Shown: positions 29,444 to 39,061 of the stretch, piece after piece
Position numbering within the stretch: position 1 is the first letter of the stretch
How the letters are laid out: each line of letters starts with the position of its first letter
Assembly: GCA_963723165.1 (NCBI GenBank)
Contig: CAVRPP010000004.1
Span: 26,644-90,643 of the forward strand
Direction of reading: 5' to 3'
Source of the DNA: an uncultured Actinomycetota bacterium
GTDB taxonomy: Bacteria; Actinomycetota; Acidimicrobiia; Spongiisociales; UBA4744
Length of the DNA: 64,000 nt
Made by a program: the position numbers and the translations under genes
Notes under the pieces: model-generated
What the model was told of the DNA's origin: nothing
Databases searched by the model: none
What the model saw: the letters and a program-made list of their open reading frames with translations, nothing else

Positions 29444-30769
29444 ATGCTCGATATCCAGTTCGCCCGTAGCGGCGACGTTCACGTGGCCTATCACGTTGTC
29501 GGCGACGGTCCGATCGACATCGTCTACGTACAGGGCGCCTGGTCGCATCTCGAAGTCCAATGGGAGTTGCCCGCCTACCGGCGATTCTGTGAGCTGTTGG
29601 GTGAGTTTGCCCGCCTGATCCTCTTCGACAAGAGCGGCATGGGAATGTCGGATCGGGTTCCCGGAGCGACACCACTCGACGTTCGCATGGATGACATTCG
29701 GGCGGTGATGGACGCCACCGGAAGCGATTCCGCCACGCTGATCGGTGCCTCGGAAGGGGGTCCGTTGTCCATGCTGTTCGCAGCCGCCCACCCCGAACGG
29801 ACCCGATCGCTCATTCTCATGGGTGCCGAGGTTCGAGAACGCCGGGATGCCGACTGGCCCTGGGGTGAGGCCACCAAAGAGGAGTTCGAGGCATCGATGA
29901 CGCTCCTCCCGGAGCGGTGGGGCAAACCCGGCCGCTTCATCGAGTTTCTTGCTCCCAGCCAGGAGAGCACACCCTGGATGGTCGATTGGTCGGCGCGCCT
30001 GCAGCGGAATGCAAACACTCCGAGCAGCGCCGAAGCCTTCATACGGATGGCCTTTGACATCGACGTTCGCGATATCGTTTCAACGATTCGGGTGCCGACG
30101 CTGGTGCTCCACTCGGAAGGAGACCGCGTCTGCCACGTGGAGAATGGCCGCTATCTGGCGCGCCGGATCCCAGACGCTCACTACGTTGAATTGCCCGGAG
30201 CAGATCATGTGCCGTGGTTCGAGCCCGACCGGGCGATCGGGGAGATCCGGGAGTTCCTGACGGGCCATCGAGTGTCGCCGGCACCCGATCGAGTGCTGGC
30301 CACGGTGCTGTTCACGGACATCGTCGATTCGACGGATCGAGCTGCCTCGCTAGGAGACAAGGCCTGGCGGGATTTGCTCGAGGCACACAACACGGTCGTC
30401 CGCAGTCAGTTGTCGCGCTTTCGGGGCGTGGAGGTCGGCACCGCCGGGGACGGCTTCCTTGCAACGTTTGACGGACCGGCCAGAGCCATCCGTTGTGCAA
30501 GCGAAATCGGGCGATTGGTGAAGGACCACGGTCTCGAGGTAAGAGCCGGAGTCCATACCGGCGAGGTAGAACGCGTCGGCGACGACGTCGCCGGTATTGC
30601 CGTTCATATCGGAGCCCGCATCGCCGGCCTGGCGGGACCAGGAGAAGTGCTGGTCTCCGGCACGGTGAAGGACCTCGTGGCCGGATCGGGTCTGAATTTC
30701 ACGGACCGCGGTACCCACGAGCTGCGTGGCGTTCCCGGCGAGTGGCGGGTTTTCGCCGCCGCCGATTGA
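29444..30769 (+). CDS. alpha/beta-hydrolase domain fused to a class III adenylate/guanylate cyclase domain (LipJ-like architecture)
   Basis: Hydrolase nucleophile elbow IGASEGG. Cyclase VLFTDIVDSTDRA...GDGFLATFDGP...HTGEVE. Confidence 0.9.
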   Translation: MLDIQFARSGDVHVAYHVVGDGPIDIVYVQGAWSHLEVQWELPAYRRFCELLGEFARLILFDKSGMGMSDRVPGATPLDVRMDDIRAVMDATGSDSATLIGASEGGPLSMLFAAAHPERTRSLILMGAEVRERRDADWPWGEATKEEFEASMTLLPERWGKPGRFIEFLAPSQESTPWMVDWSARLQRNANTPSSAEAFIRMAFDIDVRDIVSTIRVPTLVLHSEGDRVCHVENGRYLARRIPDAHYVELPGADHVPWFEPDRAIGEIREFLTGHRVSPAPDRVLATVLFTDIVDSTDRAASLGDKAWRDLLEAHNTVVRSQLSRFRGVEVGTAGDGFLATFDGPARAIRCASEIGRLVKDHGLEVRAGVHTGEVERVGDDVAGIAVHIGARIAGLAGPGEVLVSGTVKDLVAGSGLNFTDRGTHELRGVPGEWRVFAAAD

Positions 30770-30905
30770 CCCTCACTCAAACTCAGATCTGATCCAGAAT
30801 CGACGTGCGTTCGGATGCGAACCCTCCCCCACAAACCTGGTAGGCGAAGTGCACATCACCGCTCTTCGGGTGTCGGGAGTCATCCGAGATCCACGGATCC
30901 AGTAT

Positions 30906-33791
30906 TCAGAGGAGTGTCAGCCAGCCGCGCACGTTCTCGAGAGCTGCTTCCAGACCAAGAGACCTTCCTTCACCAATCAGGCGCTCTGTCTCGGATTCGC
31001 CCGATGTCTCAGCCAGCCTGTCTCGCACAACCTGCAGGTCGGGGTCTCGAACCCGACCGTATTCTTCCGGCAACTCTGCAGCGAGAGCCGCCCCGAGGGT
31101 GATAGCGGCATGTTCGTACTGCCCCGCCGCTAGAAACACCTCGGCTGCCGCGTCGAGAGTGCGCGGCTTGGCGATCTCCTGCATAGGCAGCACGGGCATC
31201 CGCTCGATGACGGCAACCAGCCTCTCCGCAGCAGGATCGGTCTGCCCCAGAGCCGATTCGCACCTCGCCAGAGCTCGATTGGCGCCTGCCCAGCAGTTGA
31301 CGTCTCCGACGTCCTCGAGGCGGTGCGCTCCCATACCCAGGCGGTCGATCGCCTCGCGATACTCACCCTCGTAGCGGAGCAGCACACCCAGGTAGTAGAG
31401 AGCATGGCCGTACCAGTTCGGAGAGTCGAGGTCGGAGAATATCTCGCAGGCCCGGCGGACATTGGCGAGCGCCCATTCGTCCTCTTCTCGGTCTCCCTCT
31501 CCGTACAGACCGGCACTGTCGGCCAGGGTGGCCGCCAGCAGAGCCCGATCTCCGTATTCATCGAACACCTTGAGGGCTGTGTGGAAATGTTCGCGAAGCC
31601 GTTCGTCCTCGGCCGGCAGGTAGGCGGCCAGCAACAGGTTGAGGACCCCCCGCTCCCACACCGGGTCCGACCACGTAGGCCCGGAGTGAGCCTCGAGCAG
31701 ACGCCGCCCTTCCAGCAAATGTTCGAGATACTCGGGGTCGGTCGTAGCGTGGCGAATGCATGTGCCCAGCGCCAGCTCCATCTGTCCCAACACATAGGCA
31801 TCGTTCATGGTCCGGGCGAGTGACAGCCCGGACCGGGCGTAATCGATGCCCTCCGGTCTTGTGAGTTCGGCACCGAATCTGGCGATCGTGTACCACACCT
31901 TCACCAACCGGTTGGGATCGGTGCCATCCGGGGCCGCCTCCAAACCGGCCAGGCCGATGTCGATTCCCTCCAGTTGCATACCCTTTTGCATCCAATACCT
32001 GGAGAGATCAAACGCCATAGCGAGATAGCTCTCGAAGTCACCCCCTTCGAGAAGAGTGGTGAAGGCGGAACGAATATTGTCGTAGTCCTTGTCGAGCTTC
32101 TCGATCCATGAGTCCTGATCAGGTCCGTTGAGGAAGCGGCTCGCAGCCGCGGCCACGGAAACGAAATAACCGGCATGGCTGCGTCGAAATCGATCCGGCT
32201 CAGCGGTATCGCTCAGCCGTTCCTGCGCATACTGCCGCACCGGTTCCAACATCCTGTACCGCGTGCCGAATTCGGGATGGTGAGCGGGAATCACCAAAGA
32301 CTTATCGACCAGCGAATCGATGTGATCGAGTACCGCCCAGTCCTCGACCTCGTCTCCGATGCACACCTGCTCGGCGGCCGTGAGATCAAAACCGCCTGTG
32401 AATACCGAGAGGCGCCTGAACATCGCCTTTTCGGCCGGTTTGAGCAAGTCGTACGACCAGTCGATGGTGGCATGCAAGGTGCGCTGGCGAGGCAGGGCCG
32501 TCTTGGCGGAACCGGACAGGATCCGGAAGGAATCCTCGAGCCGGGCGGCCAGATCCGCGGTGGACATGCTCCGGAGCCGGGCGGCCGCCAATTCCAGCCC
32601 GAGCGGAATCCCATCGATGCGCGTGCAGATCCGACCGATGTCCAGCAGTTCCTCGGCCGAAGGTTGGAAATTTGGCCGGACGCCTCGCGCCCGATCAACA
32701 AACAGGGTTGCGGCTTCAGATTCTTCGAGCGAGTGGGAAGCATCCGCCAGTCCCAATGAAGGGACCCGCAGCTGGGCCTCACCGGGTATGCCGAGAGACT
32801 CCCGGGAGGTAGTGACGATCCGCAGCCGGGGGCACGAGTCGAGGAGAAGCTTGATCGCAGCGGCAGCGCCATCGAGCAGGTGTTCGCAGTTGTCGATGAC
32901 CAGCAGCAGGTCTCTCGACCACAGATACCTGGTCACAACGTCTTCGATGCTGGCCCCCTCGCCGGGTCGCAAACCCCAGGTATCGCCGATCGTGCTCATG
33001 ATGAAGGCCGGGTTGGTTACCGGTGCGAGTTCGACCAGCCATGCCCCGTCCGGTATCTCTGTGGCGGCAGCCCGGGCCGACTCGACCGCCAACCGTGTCT
33101 TTCCGGTTCCGCCAACACCGGTGAGCGAAACAAGGCGGTTCTCGCCGATCATCCCTGCCAACCGGGCGAGTTGCTCGGTCCGTCCCACGAATGAGGTGAG
33201 GTATTCGGGCAGGTTGTGACGGCGTATGTCGACAGTTCGGATGGGTGGTTCGATCACAGGCAGGTCGGGATGACGGACCTCGAAGACGTGCTCTGGCTCC
33301 GAAAGATCCTTCAGGTGGTGCGTGCCCAGGTCGTTGAGGGATAAGGCACGATCGAGATCGACCTGGGCGGCAGTCACCGACGACAGCAGGATCTGTCCAC
33401 CATGTCCGGCCGACATGATCCGGGCAGCGCGGTTCAGGACCGGCCCGAAGTAGTCCCCGTCACGTTCTTGCGCTTCGCCGGTGTGGAGACCCATTCTCAC
33501 CTTGATAGGGGGGCCGGGCCAGGAGGATCCCAACAGCCTCACCTGCAAAGTGACGGCCGCGGCAATGGCCTCTCCGACCGAGCCGAAGGCGACCGCAAAG
33601 GCGTCGCCGGCTGTTGAGAATATGTGACCGCCATGTTCCCCTGCCACCTCGCGCATAATGACGTCGTGGAGGGCCAGGCTGGCTCCCATTTCGTCGGCGC
33701 CGGCCTCCCACAAACGGGTCGATCCCTCGACGTCGGTGAACAGGAACGACACGATCCCGGTGGGAATGGTGGTAGGCACGGCCGGGAGCAT
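30906..33791 (-). CDS. class III cyclase domain + STAND/AAA ATPase + TPR protein (Rv0386-like architecture but no C-terminal HTH seen)
   Basis: FLFTDVEGSTRLWE...GDAFAVAF...HTGEAQ. Walker A GVGGTGKTRLA, Walker B LLVIDNCEHL. Long helical-repeat C-terminus with no LuxR-type HTH motif at the end. Confidence 0.9.
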   Translation of the reverse strand: MLPAVPTTIPTGIVSFLFTDVEGSTRLWEAGADEMGASLALHDVIMREVAGEHGGHIFSTAGDAFAVAFGSVGEAIAAAVTLQVRLLGSSWPGPPIKVRMGLHTGEAQERDGDYFGPVLNRAARIMSAGHGGQILLSSVTAAQVDLDRALSLNDLGTHHLKDLSEPEHVFEVRHPDLPVIEPPIRTVDIRRHNLPEYLTSFVGRTEQLARLAGMIGENRLVSLTGVGGTGKTRLAVESARAAATEIPDGAWLVELAPVTNPAFIMSTIGDTWGLRPGEGASIEDVVTRYLWSRDLLLVIDNCEHLLDGAAAAIKLLLDSCPRLRIVTTSRESLGIPGEAQLRVPSLGLADASHSLEESEAATLFVDRARGVRPNFQPSAEELLDIGRICTRIDGIPLGLELAAARLRSMSTADLAARLEDSFRILSGSAKTALPRQRTLHATIDWSYDLLKPAEKAMFRRLSVFTGGFDLTAAEQVCIGDEVEDWAVLDHIDSLVDKSLVIPAHHPEFGTRYRMLEPVRQYAQERLSDTAEPDRFRRSHAGYFVSVAAAASRFLNGPDQDSWIEKLDKDYDNIRSAFTTLLEGGDFESYLAMAFDLSRYWMQKGMQLEGIDIGLAGLEAAPDGTDPNRLVKVWYTIARFGAELTRPEGIDYARSGLSLARTMNDAYVLGQMELALGTCIRHATTDPEYLEHLLEGRRLLEAHSGPTWSDPVWERGVLNLLLAAYLPAEDERLREHFHTALKVFDEYGDRALLAATLADSAGLYGEGDREEDEWALANVRRACEIFSDLDSPNWYGHALYYLGVLLRYEGEYREAIDRLGMGAHRLEDVGDVNCWAGANRALARCESALGQTDPAAERLVAVIERMPVLPMQEIAKPRTLDAAAEVFLAAGQYEHAAITLGAALAAELPEEYGRVRDPDLQVVRDRLAETSGESETERLIGEGRSLGLEAALENVRGWLTLL

Positions 33792-33866
33792 AGCGAGCTC
33801 CGGTGCATGCGGATGGGGGCCGGTCGACGGTCAAAACGATGCAGTCGGTCGCAGTTCGAGCGTGTA

Positions 33867-35231
33867 TTACTCGTCCGCCAGCAGCGAGCGGAGTTCGGCA
33901 AGCTGGTCGAGGACCGACACATAGCTCCCACCTCCGGAGGTGCGGCGCCGCTCTACCGATACCTTGGGATCGATCAACTCGAGATCCTCGGGGATGAAGC
34001 TCAAATGGGCTGCCTCCAGCTCACCGGCCGTCACCTCGCCCAAGGTCTTTCCTTCTGCCAGAAGGCGAGCCACGAGCCGACCAACAGCATCGTGTGCCTC
34101 CCGGAACGGAATACCACGAGCCGCCAGGACTTCGGCAAGATCCAGGGCCACCACCCAGCTCAACGGGGCCGGTGGGTCGAATTCAGCGGAGGCGACCATC
34201 CCCGAAAGAGCCGCCAGGGCGCCAGCCAGAGTGTCGTCCGCATCAAAGACGGCGCTCTTGTCTTCTTGAAGATCGCGGTTATAGCTGAGCGGAAGGCCCT
34301 TCTGGAGCACCAGGAGGCCGGTGAGATCTCCGATGACGCGAGCGGTCTTCCCTCGCACCAACTCTGCGATATCGGCGTTCTTCTTCTGCGGGAGGGCGGA
34401 AGAACCCGTCGTAAATCGGTCGGCGAATCGGACCCATCCAAACTCCGTCGTGGACCACAGAACCAGTTCCTCACCCAAGCGGGAGAGATGCGTCAGCGTC
34501 TGCGCACAACAAAACGCATATTCGGCTACAAAGTCTCGCGCTGAAACCGCATCGAGTGAGTTCTTGAATGTCCCCCCCATGGCCAGTTCCTCCGCCACGG
34601 TTCCGGGATTGAGAGGGAGGCTGCTCCCCCCGGATGCACCCGCCCCTAAAGGTGAAATCGCGATCCTGCGTTCGGCATCTTCGAAGCGCTCTACATCACG
34701 CAGCAGCATCCAGGCATACGCCAGCAGGTGGTGTCCCAGCGGTATGGCCTGGGCCTGCTGGAGGTGGGTGTACGAAGGAACGACGGTGTCTCCTGCCTGT
34801 TCTGCTTGATCCGCCAGAATCCGGCAGAAGGACCTGAGCTGCGCTATTCGTCGACGGGTTGCCCGAACCAGATAGAGCCGCAAGTCCAGCGAGATCTGAT
34901 CGTTGCGCGAGCGACCGGTGTGAAGCTTTCCTGCCAGCGCCCCGATCGATTCATGCAAACGCCTTTCGACTGCCGTGTGGACGTCTTCGTCGGAGTCGTG
35001 GAATTCGAACCGTCCCTCCCGGGCATCCTCGAGAAGGTCGCCGAGAGCTTCTACCAATTGCCGGGCTTCATCATGGGTCAGCAATCCGACTTCACCCAGC
35101 ATCCGGGCGTGGGCGGCCGAACCGAGCAGATCGTCCTGCAGAAGCCTGCGGTCTGCACGGTCTGCCGTGAAGGCTAAGAGATCCTCATGGGGGTTCTCCG
35201 AGAATCGTCCTCCCCACAGCGTCACTACCAA
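33867..35231 (-). CDS. argH: argininosuccinate lyase
   Basis: LWGGRFS N-terminus and signature GSSALPQKKN; 454 aa. Confidence 0.95.
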   Translation of the reverse strand: MVVTLWGGRFSENPHEDLLAFTADRADRRLLQDDLLGSAAHARMLGEVGLLTHDEARQLVEALGDLLEDAREGRFEFHDSDEDVHTAVERRLHESIGALAGKLHTGRSRNDQISLDLRLYLVRATRRRIAQLRSFCRILADQAEQAGDTVVPSYTHLQQAQAIPLGHHLLAYAWMLLRDVERFEDAERRIAISPLGAGASGGSSLPLNPGTVAEELAMGGTFKNSLDAVSARDFVAEYAFCCAQTLTHLSRLGEELVLWSTTEFGWVRFADRFTTGSSALPQKKNADIAELVRGKTARVIGDLTGLLVLQKGLPLSYNRDLQEDKSAVFDADDTLAGALAALSGMVASAEFDPPAPLSWVVALDLAEVLAARGIPFREAHDAVGRLVARLLAEGKTLGEVTAGELEAAHLSFIPEDLELIDPKVSVERRRTSGGGSYVSVLDQLAELRSLLADE

Positions 35232-35295
35232 ACTCCCTCGGGCGCGGACTCACCGGCTGATACATACAGGATATCCCGGCCCCGGCGGCGCCGGC

Positions 35296-36501
35296 TCACT
35301 CGCCCTCCCCCAGCCGCTCTTCGGCGAGGGTCCGCAACCGCAACGCTTGCAGTCGGATGAAACCGCTGGCATCTGCCTGTTCGTAGACGTCGTCTTCTTC
35401 AAACGTGACGGTGGCCTGATCGTACAGCCCGAAAGAATCGGATCGGCGGCCTTCCACATAGACCTGACCCTTGTACAACTTGAGGCGGGCCTCGCCGCTC
35501 ACCCGCCGTTGCACATCGTCCATGAAGGCTTGCAGCGCCTCCCGTTCCGGAGCGAACCAAAAGCCGTTATACACCATTTCCGCATAACGAGGTACGAGCT
35601 CGTCCCGCAAGTGCGCAACTTCGCGGTCGAGGGTGATCGACTCGACTGCCTTGTGGGCATGATGCAGGATGGTGCCGCCCGGTGTCTCGTACACCCCGCG
35701 GCTCTTCATCCCCACGAAACGATTCTCGACGATGTCGACGCGACCGATACCGTGCTCGCCGCCCAAGGCATTCAGCCGTCTGAGGAGATCCACCGGTCCC
35801 AGCGGTTCGCCGTTGACGGACACCGGGTTCCCTTCCTCATAACCGATCGTGACCCACTCCGGTTGGTCCGGGGCCTCCTCCGGATCCGCCGTCATGGTGA
35901 ACATGCCGGGCGGTGGTGCTTCCCAAGGGTTCTCGAGGACTCCCCCCTCATAGGAGATGTGCAACAGATTCGCATCCGTCGAATACGGTTTGTCGGGCGT
36001 GACGGGTATCGGGATGCCGTGCTGTTGTGCGTATGCAACGCAATCGGCTCGACCCCGGAGGTTCCATTCCCTCCAGGGAGCTATGACCTTGATGTCCGGC
36101 TTGAGGGCGTACGCGGACAGTTCAAATCGAACCTGATCATTGCCTTTGCCTGTGGCCCCGTGGGAAATGGCGTCGGCGCCGGTCTCCTCGGCTGCTCGTA
36201 TCAGTCCTTTGGTAATCACCGGACGCGCCAGCGAGGTTCCCAGCAGGTAATACCACTCGTACACCGCATTCGCTCGCAAAGCCGGGAACACAAAATCGGT
36301 GACAAACTCTTCGGTGAGCTCCTCTGCAATCGCTTCAACGGCACCGGTCTGAAGGGCTTTGGCCCGGGCGCTCTCGACTTCCTCGCCCTGTCCCACGTCG
36401 GCCGTATAGGCCACCACCTCTACCTGATACTCCTCGATGAGCCACTTGAGGATGACCGAGGTGTCCAATCCCCCGGAGTAAGCGAGCACGACCTTCTTCA
36501 T
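35296..36501 (-). CDS. argG: argininosuccinate synthase
   Basis: [18 protein letters not shown]-binding motif. Start at 36501 forms an ATGA overlap with the argR stop. Confidence 0.95.
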   Translation of the reverse strand: MKKVVLAYSGGLDTSVILKWLIEEYQVEVVAYTADVGQGEEVESARAKALQTGAVEAIAEELTEEFVTDFVFPALRANAVYEWYYLLGTSLARPVITKGLIRAAEETGADAISHGATGKGNDQVRFELSAYALKPDIKVIAPWREWNLRGRADCVAYAQQHGIPIPVTPDKPYSTDANLLHISYEGGVLENPWEAPPPGMFTMTADPEEAPDQPEWVTIGYEEGNPVSVNGEPLGPVDLLRRLNALGGEHGIGRVDIVENRFVGMKSRGVYETPGGTILHHAHKAVESITLDREVAHLRDELVPRYAEMVYNGFWFAPEREALQAFMDDVQRRVSGEARLKLYKGQVYVEGRRSDSFGLYDQATVTFEEDDVYEQADASGFIRLQALRLRTLAEERLGEGE

Positions 36502-36965
36502 CGTCCGGCTCCTATGCGTTCGAGTTCCTTCGCCACCCGCCAACCCCCAACTTGCTCATCGACCACGACCAGCAACGTGTCATCGCCTGCCACCGTGCCC
36601 AGCACCCCGGGCACGACTGCCCCATCTACCGCACCGGCGACAACCTGGGCAGCTCCCGGAGGAGTTTTGATCACGACCAGGCTGCCAGTTGAGGTAATGG
36701 TTTGGGCGAACTGAGCCAGCACCTTGGCTGCGGCGTCTTTGCTCCCATCGAGCGGAGCAGGTTCCTCGGGCAGTGTGTACCCGAACAGACCATCGGATGA
36801 CCGCCTCTTGACGGCGCCCATCTCGGCGAGATCCCGCGACGCGGTTGCCTGGGTGACCTGAAAGCCTTCCTCGGCCAGTTGAGCAACGAGGTCGCTTTGC
36901 CGGGTGATGTGCCTGGTCAACAGGATGCGCCGGATGGCCCGACGACGTGCAGCCGTGTATCGCAT
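36498..36965 (-). CDS. argR: arginine repressor
   Basis: [16 protein letters not shown]...QSDLVAQL...[14 protein letters not shown] winged-helix N-terminus and an oligomerisation C-terminus ([12 protein letters not shown]). Start at 36965 chosen because the ARG-box-like site lies just upstream. Confidence 0.9.
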   Translation of the reverse strand: MRYTAARRRAIRRILLTRHITRQSDLVAQLAEEGFQVTQATASRDLAEMGAVKRRSSDGLFGYTLPEEPAPLDGSKDAAAKVLAQFAQTITSTGSLVVIKTPPGAAQVVAGAVDGAVVPGVLGTVAGDDTLLVVVDEQVGGWRVAKELERIGAGR

Positions 36966-36970
36966 CCTTG

Positions 36971-36993
36971 GACTATACGCATATTCGCATAGT
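36971..36993 (-). promoter_or_regulatory. candidate ArgR operator (ARG-box-like) upstream of argR-argG-argH
   Basis: GACTATACGCATATTCGCATAGT is an AT-rich imperfect palindrome 6 nt upstream of the argR start. It matches the site at 43578-43600 at 22 of 23 positions. Confidence 0.55.
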
Positions 36994-37058
36994 TTGGGCA
37001 AACCAGCTCGCCGGGTCCGGCGCTTGCCCCCTCGACCCCCGCCGGCCCGCTCGAGCGG

Positions 37059-37652
37059 CTACAGAATGGCCCCTTCGAGGCGGAGCAGAAACTGTTTGCG
37101 CTCGGTACCACCGGCATACCCGCCGAGGCCGCCCCCGGTCCGAAGGACCCGATGGCACGGAATGATGACCGGGATCGGATTGCCACCGAGGGCCCGGCCG
37201 GCAGCCCGGGCACCTTGTGGCTGGCCCGCCCGTTCAGCCACATCCCGGTAGGTCGAGACGCTACCGAACGGTATCAGGGCCGTCTCCGCCAGGATCCGCT
37301 GCCGGAACCCGCTTATGAGGGCCCGGTCGAGCGGCAGGTCGAACCGGTCACGGCGACCGGCGAAATACTCTTCCAATTCTTTTCGAACCTCCGCCAGACG
37401 TACCGGATAGTCCAGAATCCGGGGGGAAACCCGGTCGGCCAGATCGGCGAGAACGTCGCCTTCGTTGTCGAAGCCGATGCGTATCAAGCCATCCCGGGTA
37501 GCCGCCAGCAGCAATACGCCAATCGGGGAATCCATGGTCGCAAATGCGATGTCGGTGATCCCGGCGGCTTCGTCGACAAACCGTCTCCCGGCGGCTGCCG
37601 CCGGGAGGGACAGGTCCCCGAGTCCGGTCAGGGCCTCTTCAAGGTCTTTCAT
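37059..37652 (-). CDS. ogt: methylated-DNA-protein-cysteine methyltransferase (Ogt/MGMT) with a ~35-aa N-terminal extension
   Basis: Active site IPCHRVL, and MDSPIGVLLLAATRDGL N-domain. ATGA overlap with the upstream sigma gene. Confidence 0.9.
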   Translation of the reverse strand: MKDLEEALTGLGDLSLPAAAAGRRFVDEAAGITDIAFATMDSPIGVLLLAATRDGLIRIGFDNEGDVLADLADRVSPRILDYPVRLAEVRKELEEYFAGRRDRFDLPLDRALISGFRQRILAETALIPFGSVSTYRDVAERAGQPQGARAAGRALGGNPIPVIIPCHRVLRTGGGLGGYAGGTERKQFLLRLEGAIL

Positions 37653-38140
37653 GGTCCGAATTCCTCTCGTAGTTTGATGAGACCGGCACGAACGTTCTGG
37701 CGGGCGGCGGCCTCAGAACACCCCGTTACCTCACCGATGGTCCGGTACGGGAGGTCTTCGACGTATCGCAGCACAATCGATGACCGTTGCTTCGGGGGCA
37801 GGTCTCTCACCCGCTCCCACAATGCCTGGTCCGGCACCTCAGGCTCTTGACCGTTCCCGGCCTCAGGAAGGTCGGCTACCGCAAACCCGTTTCGACGGCG
37901 GCGATGACAATCGATCGCCTTGCGGTGAGCGATGGTGAACAACCAACCCTTCAGGTTCGAGGCTTCGGCTAGATCCGGGTAGGCACGAAGCGCGGCCACA
38001 AAGGTGTCCTGAAAACAGTCCTCAGCTTCGTTGCGTCCTACCGACGCGACGAGAAAGCGGAAGATGTCTTCACGGTGGGCATCCAGGAGCGTTTGGAACG
38101 GTGGCAGCTTCACATCAGATACAACGGCAGCGATCACCAA
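37649..38140 (-). CDS. ECF-type RNA polymerase sigma factor
   Basis: Region 2 (AEDCFQDTFVAALRAY, GWLFTIAHRKAIDCHRRRR) and region 4 (LPYRTIGEVTGCSEAAARQNVRAGLIKLRE); 163 aa. Confidence 0.85.
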   Translation of the reverse strand: MVIAAVVSDVKLPPFQTLLDAHREDIFRFLVASVGRNEAEDCFQDTFVAALRAYPDLAEASNLKGWLFTIAHRKAIDCHRRRRNGFAVADLPEAGNGQEPEVPDQALWERVRDLPPKQRSSIVLRYVEDLPYRTIGEVTGCSEAAARQNVRAGLIKLREEFGP

Positions 38141-38149
38141 AATGTGAGA

Positions 38150-38638
38150 TCACGGGGCTCCCAACTCGCGTGCGGCAGCCGCGAGTCGCTCGACTGGAAT
38201 GGTGCCTGCCCGCGCGAATCCTCCTACGTAGCGGACCTCACGGATGACCACCCGGACGAGTGAAAAATCACCGAGCGTTACCCGGGGAGCCGCGTCGGGG
38301 AACCGGGACACGTACGTGTGCCAGACACTCTCGAACTCGGGGGCCGTCCGCTCGATGATCTCGGCCGTCCCCTTGATGCTGAGGCGGGCAAGGGTCTGCG
38401 GATCCCCGGACCCCGGATCGGTCTCCGAGATGACCAGGGCAACCCGCGTTTCTGCGATGAGGTTCCGGGTATGTTCTGAAAGGGCGCTGAGGAACAGCAA
38501 CAAGCTGCTCGAGTCGGATTCAGCGGCATACGCAACCATGCTGGCTGCCGGTCCATATTCCGTCAGAGTCGCCAGTGCTGCCCAGCGATTGCCTATCAGC
38601 AATCGGGCAGCCTCCAACTCGAACGCGGTCCCATCCAT
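38150..38638 (-). CDS. pyridoxamine 5'-phosphate oxidase-like (FMN-binding split-barrel) protein
   Basis: RWAALATL...GPAASMVAYA...LSIKGTAEII pattern of the PNPOx-like / HugZ-like superfamily. Ends 9 nt before the sigma gene. Confidence 0.7.
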   Translation of the reverse strand: MDGTAFELEAARLLIGNRWAALATLTEYGPAASMVAYAAESDSSSLLLFLSALSEHTRNLIAETRVALVISETDPGSGDPQTLARLSIKGTAEIIERTAPEFESVWHTYVSRFPDAAPRVTLGDFSLVRVVIREVRYVGGFARAGTIPVERLAAAARELGAP

Positions 38639-38839
38639 CGGGCGAGGTTAGCGGCCGCAAAGACGGCCGCTAGAGGCAGAGCACGCCTCGAATCGCCGGT
38701 CAAATGTCTCGTGGGACTTCATCCGGTCGCAAGACCCCTTGTGGCAAACGACAGCGGTGGCGGGGGTTGGCGAAAAGCGGGCGGGTAGATGCGTGTGGCA
38801 TCCTGGGGCGAAGCGTGGGATGCGGCCCTTTGAGGCTTC

Positions 38840-39061
38840 TTAGCGGGCTTCGTGGTACTCGAAGACCTCGTCGAGTGGGACATTGAAGGTTCGGGCAATC
38901 TTGAAGGCGGTTTCAAGCGAGGGCGTGAATCGGCCCTGTTCGATGGCGATGATCGTCTGTCTAGTCACGTCGCACTTCGCCGCTAGATCGGCCTGGGTCA
39001 TTTGGTCGGCGTTAAAGCGATGCGCCCTGACCGAGTTCGTAACCCGGGTCTTACGAGCCAA
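38840..39061 (-). CDS. short XRE-family HTH transcriptional regulator
   Basis: TTG start at 39061 gives MARKTRVTNSVRAHRFNADQMTQADLAAKCDVTRQTIIAIEQGRFTPSLETAFKIARTF. Overlaps the upstream membrane gene by 11 nt. Confidence 0.75.
   Translation of the reverse strand: MARKTRVTNSVRAHRFNADQMTQADLAAKCDVTRQTIIAIEQGRFTPSLETAFKIARTFNVPLDEVFEYHEAR

Noticed and set aside
30210-30232. tRNA T-arm-like GGTTCGAGCCC
   Set aside because: It lies inside the hydrolase-cyclase coding sequence (HVPWFEPDR). No acceptor stem, anticodon arm or flanking cloverleaf could be drawn. No tRNA was found in the window.
29444-33791. Cyclase/STAND proteins as an antiphage system (Pycsar/Avs-like)
   Set aside because: The architectures match known housekeeping-type mycobacterial cyclases (LipJ-like, Rv0386-like). 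There is no adjacent effector (TIR, nuclease, pore-forming TM protein) and no mobile-element context.
34975-36714. 579-aa ORF on the plus strand
   Set aside because: It lies antisense to argH and argG, which have unmistakable motifs. The translation is Arg/Pro/Ser-rich low-complexity sequence, typical of shadow ORFs in high-GC DNA.
38649-38672. Hairpin TAGCGGCCG-CAAAGA-CGGCCGCTA as an intrinsic terminator
   Set aside because: The stem is good, but there is no U-tract on either strand. The region also has to contain the PNPOx-sigma-ogt promoter. It is left uncalled.
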